Shown: positions 29,194 to 38,893 of the stretch, piece after piece
Numbering within the stretch: the stretch's first letter is position 1
Layout: each line of letters opens with the position of its first letter
DNA from: an uncultured Gammaproteobacteria bacterium
GTDB taxonomy: Bacteria > Patescibacteriota > Microgenomatia > Daviesbacterales > UBA10151
Direction: 5' to 3'
NCBI GenBank assembly: GCA_964636275.1
Contig: CAZWRN010000002.1
Coordinates: forward strand, 9,910-73,909
DNA length: 64,000 bases
Program-made: the position numbers and the translations under genes
Notes under the pieces: generated by a model
Databases searched by the model: none
What the model was told of the DNA's origin: nothing
Seen by the model: only the letters and a program-made list of their open reading frames with translations

Positions 29194-29724
29194 TTACTTA
29201 GAATTTTTGTAGATTATTCTGGCTTTAAATAAATTTTCTCTGAAGCCGCCTTCTTGTATAAACTTTTCTCTCAACCACCTTATTTTTTTGTCTAATAGGG
29301 CGTTAGTTTGATTTATCAGACATATCATGGCGTTTGCTGCTGTTTCAGATGAAACAATATAATCTTTATAATTTTTATAATCGTTATAAGCATTATAGGC
29401 AAAGTCTCTGACCTTCTTAGCCTCTTTTGAATCCAATGCCCATTGTTTCAGCCCGTTTTGCCGTAAGAAGTCAGTATAGTCATTTAACAACTCTTCAAAA
29501 CTTCCCCTCGAAACGCCCAAAAGCTTAATTCTGGTTTCCAAACTCTGTTGCATATAGCCCTCGGGGATATTTTGTTTGCCAGAGCGTCCAGCTTGTTCCA
29601 TCTGGTCTTTAGTTCTGGAATAAGGATTTATATATTTTTTTACAAATTCAATTGTGAAATCATAGATAATTTCGGCCTGTTTATAAAAAGCGAGGTCTTT
29701 ATATCCATGTGAGCTGACATTCAT
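29194..29724 (-). CDS. Four-helix-bundle protein (23S IVS-protein/bAvd-like family)
   Basis: GYKDL, DQMEQAGRSGKQNIPEG, RGSFEELLNDY, EGGFRENL. Confidence 0.85.
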   Translation of the reverse strand: MNVSSHGYKDLAFYKQAEIIYDFTIEFVKKYINPYSRTKDQMEQAGRSGKQNIPEGYMQQSLETRIKLLGVSRGSFEELLNDYTDFLRQNGLKQWALDSKEAKKVRDFAYNAYNDYKNYKDYIVSSETAANAMICLINQTNALLDKKIRWLREKFIQEGGFRENLFKARIIYKNSK

Positions 29725-29775
29725 CAGCCGAGTATAACGAAGAATAATTTTTTATTCTAGATGGTAATTTGGGTT

Positions 29776-31515
29776 TTATTTGGTTTTCTTAAACTGAGTG
29801 TTATACATCTCAACAAGTTCTTTTACTGTGGTTGCATCTTCCGCTTTCTTATCAGCATCTCTAAATTTAACAAGACGCGGAAATCTTAGAGCATAGCCTG
29901 TGCCATTTTCATCACGACCGGCGGTATGATTGGGAGAGCGGGTGATCTCATCGGCCAGCACTTCAATGACAATTTCCGGTTTGATCCAGACTGATGGCTC
30001 CATCACTGCATTTACTCTGGCTGGTTTGTGATCAACTTTTATCTTGTCCGCTCTCTTATGGATCTCTCGCCATTCATCATCACTTAAGCCAGTACCAATT
30101 TTTGAGACGGTCACAAACTCGTCTTTATCTTTGTCATAAAGACCGACCAAAAGTGCTCCGGCTCCAAATTCTGCCCGCTTGCCCCGGCCATAAATATATC
30201 CCAGTATCACACAATCGACAGTGTCTTTAAGCTCACCTGAAGAGTTTCTTTTCTGTTTAACCCAATTAAAATTTCTGGCGCCAGCTTCGTATTTAGAATC
30301 TGGCCTTTTGACTATCAAACCCTCCAGTCCTTCACTTAGAGCCTCTTCAAACAGAGTCTGTATCCGGTCTGCATCACTGGTGATCTCGCCTGGCTGAGGA
30401 ATCAATACTTCATCACCGTGAATCTCTTTGGTCAAATACTTAACTCTCTCTTCCACTGGTAGGTCCATTAGCGATTTGCCCTCCAGATACATGATGTCAA
30501 AGACCATGGCACGCAGAGGCATAGTTTTGGCTGCTTCTTCGATCCCATGTTTTCTTCTTCTTTTGGTTGTTTCTTGAAATGGCAAAAATTCATTAGATTC
30601 AGGATTGTAGGCTAGTGCTTCAGAATCAAAGATAGCGGTTTTAGCTTTAATCTGATTTCTAACTCCTTCGAGGATATCCGGAAACATCTCGGTTGTCTCT
30701 TCCAGGTTTCTGGAAAAAAGCCTCACTTTGTCACCATTTTTGTGGATTTGGACCCGAAAACCGTCGTATTTAAACTGGACATGGGCTTTGCCATCAAATT
30801 TTTCCAAAATCGCTTTAGGTGTTGGCAACCTTTCAGCCAGTTGAGAACGGATCGGCCGGCCGACAGTCACCTCCAGATTTTCAACTGCTTTAAGCCCACC
30901 ATCCCAAAGTTTTTCTCCAATCAAACCCAGGTCCGATACTCGATTGTAAGCACCCTCAAGCAGTTTACGTTTGGATTTATCACCCAATTTGGCTACAGCA
31001 AATGCATCTAAGACTGTCGGGTCCCCTATTCCTAAGCGTGATGTGCCAAGTGGAATTCTGACGAGATGTTTGGCTTCAATGCCATCAACTTTTGCTAATA
31101 GATTTGATAAGGTAGAGATTTTTTTCTCAACCGTCCCATCACCACTGTAACCGGCAATTTCTTTTAAAGTCTCAAAAACCTCTTTAACACTAATTCCCTG
31201 ACTCTTGATCATTGATTCCTGACTCAGTTTCTCTGCTACTTTTCCTAAATCTCCAACTTTTCCATAGTCTTTCAGCACCACCTCTCTATCCACATCATAG
31301 GCCCGAGCCATCGAGGCGGCGACATTTTTTTCGGCCATCCCTATCTCTGTCGCCTCATAAAAAGGGGCTACTCTGCCTTGAATTAGATAGGAAACCATCG
31401 GGACTTCAGAAGGGGTAACTTTTTTAAAAAGCTCTGATAAAATCTCAATCAAACTGAGCCTCGAGGAAGTCTCCTCGAGCTTTTCAAAAAATTGTGACAA
31501 CTCTTTAAAGGTCAT
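29776..31515 (-). CDS. lig: ATP-dependent DNA ligase (full length, with DNA-binding domain)
   Basis: KYDGFRVQ, FDIMY, EGLIVK, KIGTG, LRFPR. Confidence 0.95.
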   Translation of the reverse strand: MTFKELSQFFEKLEETSSRLSLIEILSELFKKVTPSEVPMVSYLIQGRVAPFYEATEIGMAEKNVAASMARAYDVDREVVLKDYGKVGDLGKVAEKLSQESMIKSQGISVKEVFETLKEIAGYSGDGTVEKKISTLSNLLAKVDGIEAKHLVRIPLGTSRLGIGDPTVLDAFAVAKLGDKSKRKLLEGAYNRVSDLGLIGEKLWDGGLKAVENLEVTVGRPIRSQLAERLPTPKAILEKFDGKAHVQFKYDGFRVQIHKNGDKVRLFSRNLEETTEMFPDILEGVRNQIKAKTAIFDSEALAYNPESNEFLPFQETTKRRRKHGIEEAAKTMPLRAMVFDIMYLEGKSLMDLPVEERVKYLTKEIHGDEVLIPQPGEITSDADRIQTLFEEALSEGLEGLIVKRPDSKYEAGARNFNWVKQKRNSSGELKDTVDCVILGYIYGRGKRAEFGAGALLVGLYDKDKDEFVTVSKIGTGLSDDEWREIHKRADKIKVDHKPARVNAVMEPSVWIKPEIVIEVLADEITRSPNHTAGRDENGTGYALRFPRLVKFRDADKKAEDATTVKELVEMYNTQFKKTK

Positions 31516-31586
31516 GTCTCAGATTGTAATGGATTGATTCTAATCCGGCAACAGTAGCAATTCTTACACTCAAATATGATAATTTT

Positions 31587-31967
31587 TTGATGCCTCGATC
31601 TGAACTAATTAGACAAATTAGACCCACTGATGAGATTTTGAAAGCTAACAATTCTGGGAGAGTTTCCTTACCAGATGATTCAAATCGATCAGCAATAGAA
31701 ATTGAACTGGCAAGGCAAACATTGGAACTAAGTATGATATTGGCGGATGATATCAGGCAATCTTTAACAATATTACGTGTCTCCTTAGAAAGACCGGGAA
31801 TAGTTGCAATAAACCCTCAACAGCTAGTATCTCAAGTAGAGGACACCGTTCATCGACATATTTTAATGGCTAATGATATTTTTTTGGCTGCTAAGCTCGG
31901 AATCCCCAAAACACAGCCAGATATTAGAAATGCCATAAACTTGATGCCAGCCCATTTGCGTATGTAA
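31587..31967 (+). CDS. Hypothetical protein
   Basis: ORF with upstream GATAAT; no motif recognised. Confidence 0.5.
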   Translation: MMPRSELIRQIRPTDEILKANNSGRVSLPDDSNRSAIEIELARQTLELSMILADDIRQSLTILRVSLERPGIVAINPQQLVSQVEDTVHRHILMANDIFLAAKLGIPKTQPDIRNAINLMPAHLRM

Positions 31968-31992
31968 GAATAAGACTGCTACAATCTATCTA

Positions 31993-33285
31993 ATGTCCGA
32001 AAACAAACCTTCCCTGGCTGAGCAAGCAGGCGCTGATTTTTTAAATCATAAAGTCCGCATGGAGAAAGCATTAGCAGGACATCGTGAGATTGTTCATCCT
32101 AAAAAATATCCCGCTATCACAACGTCTTTGGAGCGACCTGACATAGGACATATGGAGTTTACGCTTGACCCTGAGCATCCAGGACAATCCTATGAACTAA
32201 ATAAACGTATGCGCGGTTTAGCTAAAGAAATTGGGCCTGAACATCCACCACTACCAACAAAAGTACTGGAAGGGATGGCTGCCAGAGATTATGGAAAAGA
32301 TAAAATCATTGAAGCTGGATCCTATGACCCTTTATGTCGTGAAAAAGGGATAGATTTGCTGACAAGAGGGGCGGGCTTAGAAAGGCTTAAACAAGCTATC
32401 GCCACTATCAGACGAACTCGTCAAGGGTCAATCGCTGTATTTTTTGCTGATTTAGATAAATTTAAAAATATTAATGACAACTTTCCGGAAGGACATCCTG
32501 GTGGTGACGCTTTGATTAGATGTGCAGCTGAAAGTTTGCAACAAACAGGTACCCGAGATACAGATTTTAGTGTGAGATACGGCGGTGAAGAGCTGATGAA
32601 AGTTTTACTAATGGATGGGGATCCAAGGAAGGCTCGAAAAGCTGCAAAAAAACTGGCCTTGGCATTACAAAAAAGATACGCACTTAACCAGCGAAGAGCA
32701 CTCGCAACAAAGGGTATATTCCTAGACGAAGCGGACAAACAGCTTCTGGAACGAGATTATGGGAATTTTCCCTCTTTAGATGAATTGCAGACGATGAGTA
32801 TTGGCATTGCTTTTATCTCCGCAGAGGACCCCCGCCTGGATGATCCCACTTTTATAGATATATTGCTTAAAGAAGCCAATGAAGCTGAACATGCGGCTAA
32901 AACTGAAAGAAATCGGGTCGCTATCATGAAAGATGGCAAGCCAGTACTGGTAGATCCAGATCTGAGTGAACACCCTGTCACAGTAGAAGAGATCTCCCCT
33001 GAAGAACAAGCTAAAGTTGAGGCCTTAAGACAGGCTAAACATGCATTCGATCATATCACCGGTAATAAACTTGGTGGAGCTATGGGAAAACTTGAATTAG
33101 CACTTATGAAAACAGATCCAGAAGATGTGAAAAGATATATCGAAGATGCTCTAGAGGGTCTGAGTGAGCTGGATGAGGAATTGGATACGGTAACTTCTCT
33201 ACAAAGATTTATTACTGAACAAGGCCCTGACGGGAAACCAAGACTTAATGTTGAAGCCTCTTTGGAAAAGCAAGGACAATCATAA
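31993..33285 (+). CDS. GGDEF diguanylate cyclase with C-terminal HisKA(DHp)-like domain
   Basis: FADLDKFKNIND..GH.GGD, RDTD I-site, RYGGEEL, SIGIA; C-terminal DHITGNKLGGAMGKLEL. Confidence 0.8.
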   Translation: MSENKPSLAEQAGADFLNHKVRMEKALAGHREIVHPKKYPAITTSLERPDIGHMEFTLDPEHPGQSYELNKRMRGLAKEIGPEHPPLPTKVLEGMAARDYGKDKIIEAGSYDPLCREKGIDLLTRGAGLERLKQAIATIRRTRQGSIAVFFADLDKFKNINDNFPEGHPGGDALIRCAAESLQQTGTRDTDFSVRYGGEELMKVLLMDGDPRKARKAAKKLALALQKRYALNQRRALATKGIFLDEADKQLLERDYGNFPSLDELQTMSIGIAFISAEDPRLDDPTFIDILLKEANEAEHAAKTERNRVAIMKDGKPVLVDPDLSEHPVTVEEISPEEQAKVEALRQAKHAFDHITGNKLGGAMGKLELALMKTDPEDVKRYIEDALEGLSELDEELDTVTSLQRFITEQGPDGKPRLNVEASLEKQGQS

Positions 33286-33333
33286 ATCCCTATTCCTCTT
33301 GCGTATGTAAGATTAAACCTATATAATCCGACT

Positions 33334-33678
33334 ATGTCCTCCCCAGACAAACCAACTGCTCAATCGACAACAGCGATTGAACAAAAAGATATGCTTCTTG
33401 GAATAACTTATGCAAGTCGTGCTGTGACTCATGAAGCGCTCACTCCTTTAAACATTGCCACGGGCTATTTAGAACTTATGGTAGAGGATGCTACGCTCTC
33501 TCCTCATCATCGGCAAAACATTCAAGAAGCAATATCTCAAATAATGCGCGCTGCTGACTCACTTAACAGCTTACCTCGTATACGCCAAATTATCACAACC
33601 GAATCACCAGTGGGACCCATGTTAGATATTAAAGCTTCGATCAAGCCGGCTGAAACAAAACCTGACACCACGGCGTGA
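33334..33678 (+). CDS. Stand-alone HisKA (DHp) domain protein
   Basis: H-box VTHEALTPLNIATGYLELM; no CA domain. Confidence 0.75.
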   Translation: MSSPDKPTAQSTTAIEQKDMLLGITYASRAVTHEALTPLNIATGYLELMVEDATLSPHHRQNIQEAISQIMRAADSLNSLPRIRQIITTESPVGPMLDIKASIKPAETKPDTTA

Positions 33679-33763
33679 ATTTTTGGATCTTCTCCACAGT
33701 GCTAATTCCAACCAATTATGATCTTTTTGTTCTTCTCTTTCTTTATACATAGGGCCTCCTTTC

Positions 33764-34237
33764 TTATGGTTTGATAAATACCAGTGAAACGACTGACATC
33801 TCTTTCCCCTGAAAATTACCCGTCTGCTCCCCCAGGCCTATTACGGTAAATTGATCAGATAGTATGTTGGCTCTGTGGGCCGGTGAATCCATCCAGGCTT
33901 TGACCATCTGATAATCATCGGTAAAACCTTTAGCTAGATTTTCCCCGGCTGCCTGATATTTCAGATGAGAGGTATTAATCAAATCCCATACCAACTCTCC
34001 ACTTGGTGACTGATGCGACCAATACTGTTTTTGCATCATATCTCTGACTTTTTTCTGAGCAATAAAAGAGAGCTCCGCATTGATGGTATATTTTGGTAAG
34101 TGATGTTCTGTTCGCTCTCGGTTTATCTCCTCAACTACTCTTTTTTCGTCATAAGCCCAGGTTGTTTTGACCCCCACAGAGATAACAGTAGTTATTACCG
34201 TCATAAATATTAAGATTTTTTTTATTGTTTGTTTCAT
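33764..34237 (-). CDS. Secreted CAP/SCP domain protein
   Basis: INRER, YWSH, GENLA, WMDSPAHRANIL. Confidence 0.9.
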   Translation of the reverse strand: MKQTIKKILIFMTVITTVISVGVKTTWAYDEKRVVEEINRERTEHHLPKYTINAELSFIAQKKVRDMMQKQYWSHQSPSGELVWDLINTSHLKYQAAGENLAKGFTDDYQMVKAWMDSPAHRANILSDQFTVIGLGEQTGNFQGKEMSVVSLVFIKP

Positions 34238-34316
34238 ATTTTTCTATCAAGCGGGCATCGCGTGGATAACCCGCCTGACTTTTTGATGATCAACCGCTAA
34301 ACAGATTGATATTGTT

Positions 34317-34436
34317 TTAATTCTTCTGGCCGCAATTTTTGCACCAGGCTTTGTCGTAGTTCCAGACCTGCAGCTCACCTCCGCAAGCGGAACATTTATC
34401 GTTGAGTAGCCAGACAAATGATTGTAAATAGTTCAT
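34317..34436 (-). CDS. 39-aa zinc-ribbon microprotein (not in ORF track)
   Basis: MNYLQSFVWLLNDKCSACGGELQVWNYDKAWCKNCGQKN; AAGGAG 7 nt before ATG; two CxxC pairs. Confidence 0.7.
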   Translation of the reverse strand: MNYLQSFVWLLNDKCSACGGELQVWNYDKAWCKNCGQKN

Positions 34437-34517
34437 CTATCATCTCCTTTCTACAGTTGTAAGATGCATTCTAGGCAAGGTAAGTATTTTTATCAGTAAG
34501 ATTTATTACCTTATAGG

Positions 34518-34533
34518 TGTGATATATCTCACA
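34518..34533. promoter_or_regulatory. Perfect CRP-type operator TGTGA-N6-TCACA
   Basis: TGTGA TATATC TCACA, between the Crp gene and the divergent microprotein/CAP unit. Confidence 0.8.
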
Positions 34534-34579
34534 GTCAAAAATGGATTTATAGGCTAAATTATGCTATACTATAAGTCAT

Positions 34580-34605
34580 AGCTCGGAGTAATCCGGGCTT
34601 TTTTT
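34580..34605 (+). terminator. Terminator-like hairpin in the short crp 5' leader
   Basis: GCTCGGA-GTAA-TCCGGGC-TTTTTT, just after a TGcTATACT -10 box and before ATG 34614. Confidence 0.45.
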
Positions 34606-34613
34606 CGGCTATT

Positions 34614-35279
34614 ATGGACTCTGATATACAAAAAAAATTACAGGATTTTTTTAGTCAGTATCGCGCTGTTACCTACAAAAAGGGTGACACTATCTACCGA
34701 CCCGAAGAAACTCCCGATCACATCGCTTATATTAAATCAGGCTACGTCAGACAATATATTATTACCCAGGATGGTGAAGAGAGAACGATAAATATATTTA
34801 AGCCAATTTTTTATTTTAGTCTGATATTTGCTATGACTGATACTAAAAATAAATATTATTTTGAAGCGATTACTCCCGTGGAGATGTGGAAAGCACCCAG
34901 AAACGATGTTATCGATTTTATTCATTCTGATCCACAGGTCTTGTTTGAAATAACTAAAAATATTTTTCGTGGATTTTCAGATCTACTGCAAAATCTGGAA
35001 GCTGCAATTTCTGGGGATGCCTATTCCAAAGTATCAGCGATGATATTGATGATGGCTGAGCGTTTTGGCAGTCAAGTAGCTCAGATCAATCAAACATATA
35101 TCACTATCAGCCCGACTCATAAAGATATTGGTGGTTTGCTGGGTTTTAGCCGCGAAACGGTCAGTATTCAGATGGGAAAATTACAACAACAAGGGATCAT
35201 CGCACAAGAAAATGGCAAGATATATATCAAAAATCTAGAACAATTGAGAGATGCAGCTGCAACGTCTCATTCATCCTAA
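34614..35279 (+). CDS. Crp/Fnr family transcriptional regulator
   Basis: cNMP-type domain (YIKSGYVRQY..DGEE) and HTH DIGGLLGFSRETVS. Confidence 0.92.
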   Translation: MDSDIQKKLQDFFSQYRAVTYKKGDTIYRPEETPDHIAYIKSGYVRQYIITQDGEERTINIFKPIFYFSLIFAMTDTKNKYYFEAITPVEMWKAPRNDVIDFIHSDPQVLFEITKNIFRGFSDLLQNLEAAISGDAYSKVSAMILMMAERFGSQVAQINQTYITISPTHKDIGGLLGFSRETVSIQMGKLQQQGIIAQENGKIYIKNLEQLRDAAATSHSS

Positions 35280-36347
35280 AACGTATTTAGCTTTTTTAGT
35301 ACCTCCAACCTTTTTGACCAGCCCTTTCTCTTTCAAAAATTTCAATTCTCGGAGTACGGTATCATCAGAATAATCCGGGAAAATTTTTCTAAAATCTTTA
35401 TTCATCATACTGTCGTGTTTGCGTAAATATTCTAGAATGATCATCTGCCTCTCATTTAGTTCGATGCCAAAGCCAAATTTGTCTTTGATGTGTGATTCCC
35501 GAGAGACTAATTTTACTTTTTCTCTGATTGATTGCACCTCTTTGGCAAAGCCTTCAACGAAATATTCTAGCCATTCGGTAAGTTCCCTCTCACTTGAATC
35601 CAACACCTTCTGCCGAGCAACTTTTTGAATTAATGAATAATATTTCAGTGGGTCCTGATCAAAGTATTCATTTAAAGAGATAAAATTGTGATAAAAATAT
35701 CTGTCCAGTGATAAAGTCAACCAGGTTAAAAGTTGAGCTGTTTTGGAATTGGCTGCCAGAAATGGATGAATTCTGACGAGTTCAAAATGGACAATTGCTG
35801 CTTTGATTACCGGATGAGTATCTTTGCCACTTCGTGAATTTATCCAATTGACCAGGTCTTCCAGCATATAGGAGATTTCCACTGCAGGCGGAGGTGAATA
35901 ACTAACCTCCCCGGTTTGAATATTTCTGATGACAATCTGTTTAGATCTGAAGTTTCCAGAATGTTCTGCCGGTAAGACTTTTTCAGTGATAAGACGATGA
36001 ATTTCATTGATAGTTTCTATGGTCAGCTGATATGGTCTGCCAGGACCGATCTGTTTAACAATTTTTTCAATAAACTGGCACCCTTTTTGATAGGCAAAAA
36101 GGTCTTCAACATCTTTTGTCAGAGCATTTACCTCTTTGCCATCCAGCAGCGCTTGAACCTGCTCAAAAGAAAGTCCATTGCCTTCCAGGCGGGTACCAAA
36201 ATGAATAGTTCGTTCAAGTGCATCTTTGGCCAGCTTATTTTCCCAGGCCGGTATAATTGGAGTCGCATCGATGATTTCACGGCCGGCATCGATCTGCCCT
36301 ATATATCTTAAAATTTCATTGGTAATAGTGTATCTTGGTGTGAACAT
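35271..36347 (-). CDS. Fic family protein with C-terminal wHTH; degenerate catalytic motif
   Basis: TRLEGN, IHPFLAANSKTAQ (canonical HPFxDGNGRxxR), DTVLRELKFL. Confidence 0.85.
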   Translation of the reverse strand: MFTPRYTITNEILRYIGQIDAGREIIDATPIIPAWENKLAKDALERTIHFGTRLEGNGLSFEQVQALLDGKEVNALTKDVEDLFAYQKGCQFIEKIVKQIGPGRPYQLTIETINEIHRLITEKVLPAEHSGNFRSKQIVIRNIQTGEVSYSPPPAVEISYMLEDLVNWINSRSGKDTHPVIKAAIVHFELVRIHPFLAANSKTAQLLTWLTLSLDRYFYHNFISLNEYFDQDPLKYYSLIQKVARQKVLDSSERELTEWLEYFVEGFAKEVQSIREKVKLVSRESHIKDKFGFGIELNERQMIILEYLRKHDSMMNKDFRKIFPDYSDDTVLRELKFLKEKGLVKKVGGTKKAKYVLG

Positions 36348-36349
36348 AT

Positions 36350-37054
36350 TTAGCTTTGAGATTTTTTATATGTCAAAGAGACAATCAAAATTCCGATAAA
36401 AATCATTGACAGAAGTAAAGTGTACTTTTTGATAATTACTAAAACCATATCCCCTAAAGCATAGACCAGCAAACTCCATGATATGACCCAAAAACAGATT
36501 GAAAACAGGGATATCAGTCCAAACATCGTGATTTCAAGTCTGGATGCCCCAGCTGCCAGCGACATATAGGCACCCAGGTTTGGGTTGATAAATGAGATAA
36601 AAATACTTCGCCCGCCATTTTTTTTAAGTTCTTGTTTGGCTTTATCAAAGACACCTCCCTGCCCAAATCTTTTGAGCAAGTCACTAAAACCATAATATCC
36701 GACTAGGTAATCAATAGTAAAACCAATGACAATACCACTGATGACAGCCAGCATGACAAAAGGCAATTCTGTCTCACCAGTTCGAGCAAAAACTATTCCT
36801 AAAGCCAAGGCTACCTGACCTGGAGCAAACAGATTTATTAATACTAGACTTTCCAGAAGAGCAGCTACAAACAGTATTTCGTAGCCGTAGGTTGCATAGT
36901 ATTTTGAAAATAGATTGACCAGCTCTTCTGAGGTAGGCAAAATACCCCGAATGAAAAAAAGAAACAAAGCATAAGCAACCAGTAATAAGGCAGGAAGGAT
37001 GATATCTGATCCTATAACCATTTGCGTAAATCGACGAATTGGATGAGCGTTCAT
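36350..37054 (-). CDS. DedA/VTT family membrane protein
   Basis: LLESL...PG, DYLVGYYG, AAGAS. Confidence 0.8.
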   Translation of the reverse strand: MNAHPIRRFTQMVIGSDIILPALLLVAYALFLFFIRGILPTSEELVNLFSKYYATYGYEILFVAALLESLVLINLFAPGQVALALGIVFARTGETELPFVMLAVISGIVIGFTIDYLVGYYGFSDLLKRFGQGGVFDKAKQELKKNGGRSIFISFINPNLGAYMSLAAGASRLEITMFGLISLFSICFWVISWSLLVYALGDMVLVIIKKYTLLLSMIFIGILIVSLTYKKSQS

Positions 37055-37177
37055 AAGCTAGAACAGAAGCAATCAGTACTAAGCAAGCGGTTTTTTATCT
37101 TTTTGCTTATCTCTTTTTGCTTATCTCTTATTACTAATTATCGCATATTTCCCGCAGAAAAGTTGGTGGATATCGAT

Positions 37178-38224
37178 TTAAACAAAATTTCCAGCTTTAA
37201 CCTGGATAATTTCAGCTTCTTTTAATGAATCGGCTAAGACATCATCCCAATCAACTGAGGCAATAATCGTTTGTTGCTGAAAAGCCAGTTCTATCACATG
37301 CTGCCTATGTGAAGCATCTAGCTCAGAAAAGATATCATCGAGCAGTAAGAGCGGTCGCTCCCCTAAGATTGATTGGATAAATTCGACTTCGGAAAATTTA
37401 AGATCCAATACTGCAGTTCTTTGTTCGCCTCGAGAACCATATTTTGATAAATCTCGTTCTTCATACATGAAAACAAAATCATCCCGGTGCGGTCCGATTA
37501 AAGAACTAGCGGAGGCGATCTCCCGATCTTCATATTCTTTCCATCGTTCCAGGCTGATTTCACTGGGTTTATACATATATTTAAATGGGCCAAACTTTTT
37601 TTCGGTCAGATTTATCTGCTGAAAATAATGTCGCCTTTTTTCAGAGAGTACGGCACCTAAAATAATCTGCTGATCGATCCAATAAGCCAGTTGATCCTTT
37701 CTAGCCAATCCTTCATGAATGGCTTTCAGAATACGATTTTTTCTGATCACAATATTTTCATAAGCGCTGAGTGTCCGTTTGTATTCACGGTCAGATTGGG
37801 ACAGCGTCTGATCAATATGATAGCGTCTTAGAGATGGAGACCCAGTGACTAAATTGATGTCCTCGGGTGTAAAAAAAACGACTGCTAGATTTAAACAATA
37901 ATCGGTACTTCTTCTCGGTATTCCGTTTACTCTAGTCTTTTTCGCCAGTTTACCGTTTTGTAAAAGCATAGCTATTTCCAAACTAATTGTTTCGCTGTTT
38001 CCAACTTCGCCCGCAACACGCAAAAATTCTTCTCCTTCTTTGATCAGCTCTTCATCCCGATCGGCTTTGGCTGACTTAGTTGTAGCTAGCAAGTAAATAC
38101 TTTCCAAAAAATTAGTTTTTCCTTGAGCATTTTCACCCGTCAAAACTGTAACCTGTTTATTAAATGGAAAATCTATTGCCTGATAATTACGAAAATTTTG
38201 CAGTTTTAGATGTAGAAGACGCAT
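37178..38224 (-). CDS. recF: DNA replication and repair protein RecF
   Basis: NFRNY, GENAQGKTNFLESI, GPHRDD, SRGEQR, LLLDDIFSELD. Confidence 0.95.
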   Translation of the reverse strand: MRLLHLKLQNFRNYQAIDFPFNKQVTVLTGENAQGKTNFLESIYLLATTKSAKADRDEELIKEGEEFLRVAGEVGNSETISLEIAMLLQNGKLAKKTRVNGIPRRSTDYCLNLAVVFFTPEDINLVTGSPSLRRYHIDQTLSQSDREYKRTLSAYENIVIRKNRILKAIHEGLARKDQLAYWIDQQIILGAVLSEKRRHYFQQINLTEKKFGPFKYMYKPSEISLERWKEYEDREIASASSLIGPHRDDFVFMYEERDLSKYGSRGEQRTAVLDLKFSEVEFIQSILGERPLLLLDDIFSELDASHRQHVIELAFQQQTIIASVDWDDVLADSLKEAEIIQVKAGNFV

Positions 38225-38262
38225 GACGGGAATGGTAGTATGGTAGCATCTTTAATTCAAGT

Positions 38263-38841
38263 ATGGCAAAAACATTTTACCTTTTTAGACACGGTGATAC
38301 CTTTGTCACTCGAGGACAAAGACTATGGTATTACCCGACATTTTTACCAAAGACTGCTTTTTCATATGGGGCCAAAGTCTTCTCAGCATCGATTTTGAAT
38401 GAGGCCAGACCCACTATCAAAAAACTAGCGGAGTACCTTTCAAAAATACCCACCCAGTTTAATGCTTCATCCCAATTTCGCAGATGCCGCCAAACAGTTG
38501 AGATAGTTGAGAAAGAAACTCAGAAAGAGTTTGTTTTTGATAAAAGACTCAACGAATTTGTTTTTGAAACACCCTGGGCTTTTCAAAATAGGGTAAAAAA
38601 ATTTTTATCCGAGCTAGAGCAAAAAGAGTTTCAGTCGGTAGCTATTTGTACTCATGGTGCGGTACTAGCACTTATTGCAAGTATCTTGTCTGGCAAAAAG
38701 GTTGGCTTTCCCAAACCAGGGGTTTTAGTGATTATTAAAGGAAATGAGATTTCCTATAAAGACTTCAACTCTGTACCAGAAGAGGTGGTTCCGGAAACAA
38801 AAAAATTAAATACTCCCAAAATTCTGGGAAAGAACAATTGA
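38263..38841 (+). CDS. Histidine phosphatase family protein
   Basis: LFRHGDT, RCRQT, RLNE, CTHG. Confidence 0.82.
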   Translation: MAKTFYLFRHGDTFVTRGQRLWYYPTFLPKTAFSYGAKVFSASILNEARPTIKKLAEYLSKIPTQFNASSQFRRCRQTVEIVEKETQKEFVFDKRLNEFVFETPWAFQNRVKKFLSELEQKEFQSVAICTHGAVLALIASILSGKKVGFPKPGVLVIIKGNEISYKDFNSVPEEVVPETKKLNTPKILGKNN

Positions 38842-38893
38842 CCACATCTGATCTCTTGTTTTTTAAATACTTCTCTGGGATAATCTTTTTTTA

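Noticed and set aside
29194-29724. Diversity-generating retroelement (Avd-like gene)
   Set aside because: No reverse transcriptase and no TR/VR pair differing at adenines seen in the window.
34245-34282. oriC (DnaA-box-like TTATCCACG, recF 3 kb away)
   Set aside because: A single imperfect box inside a hairpin; no dnaA/dnaN and no box cluster.
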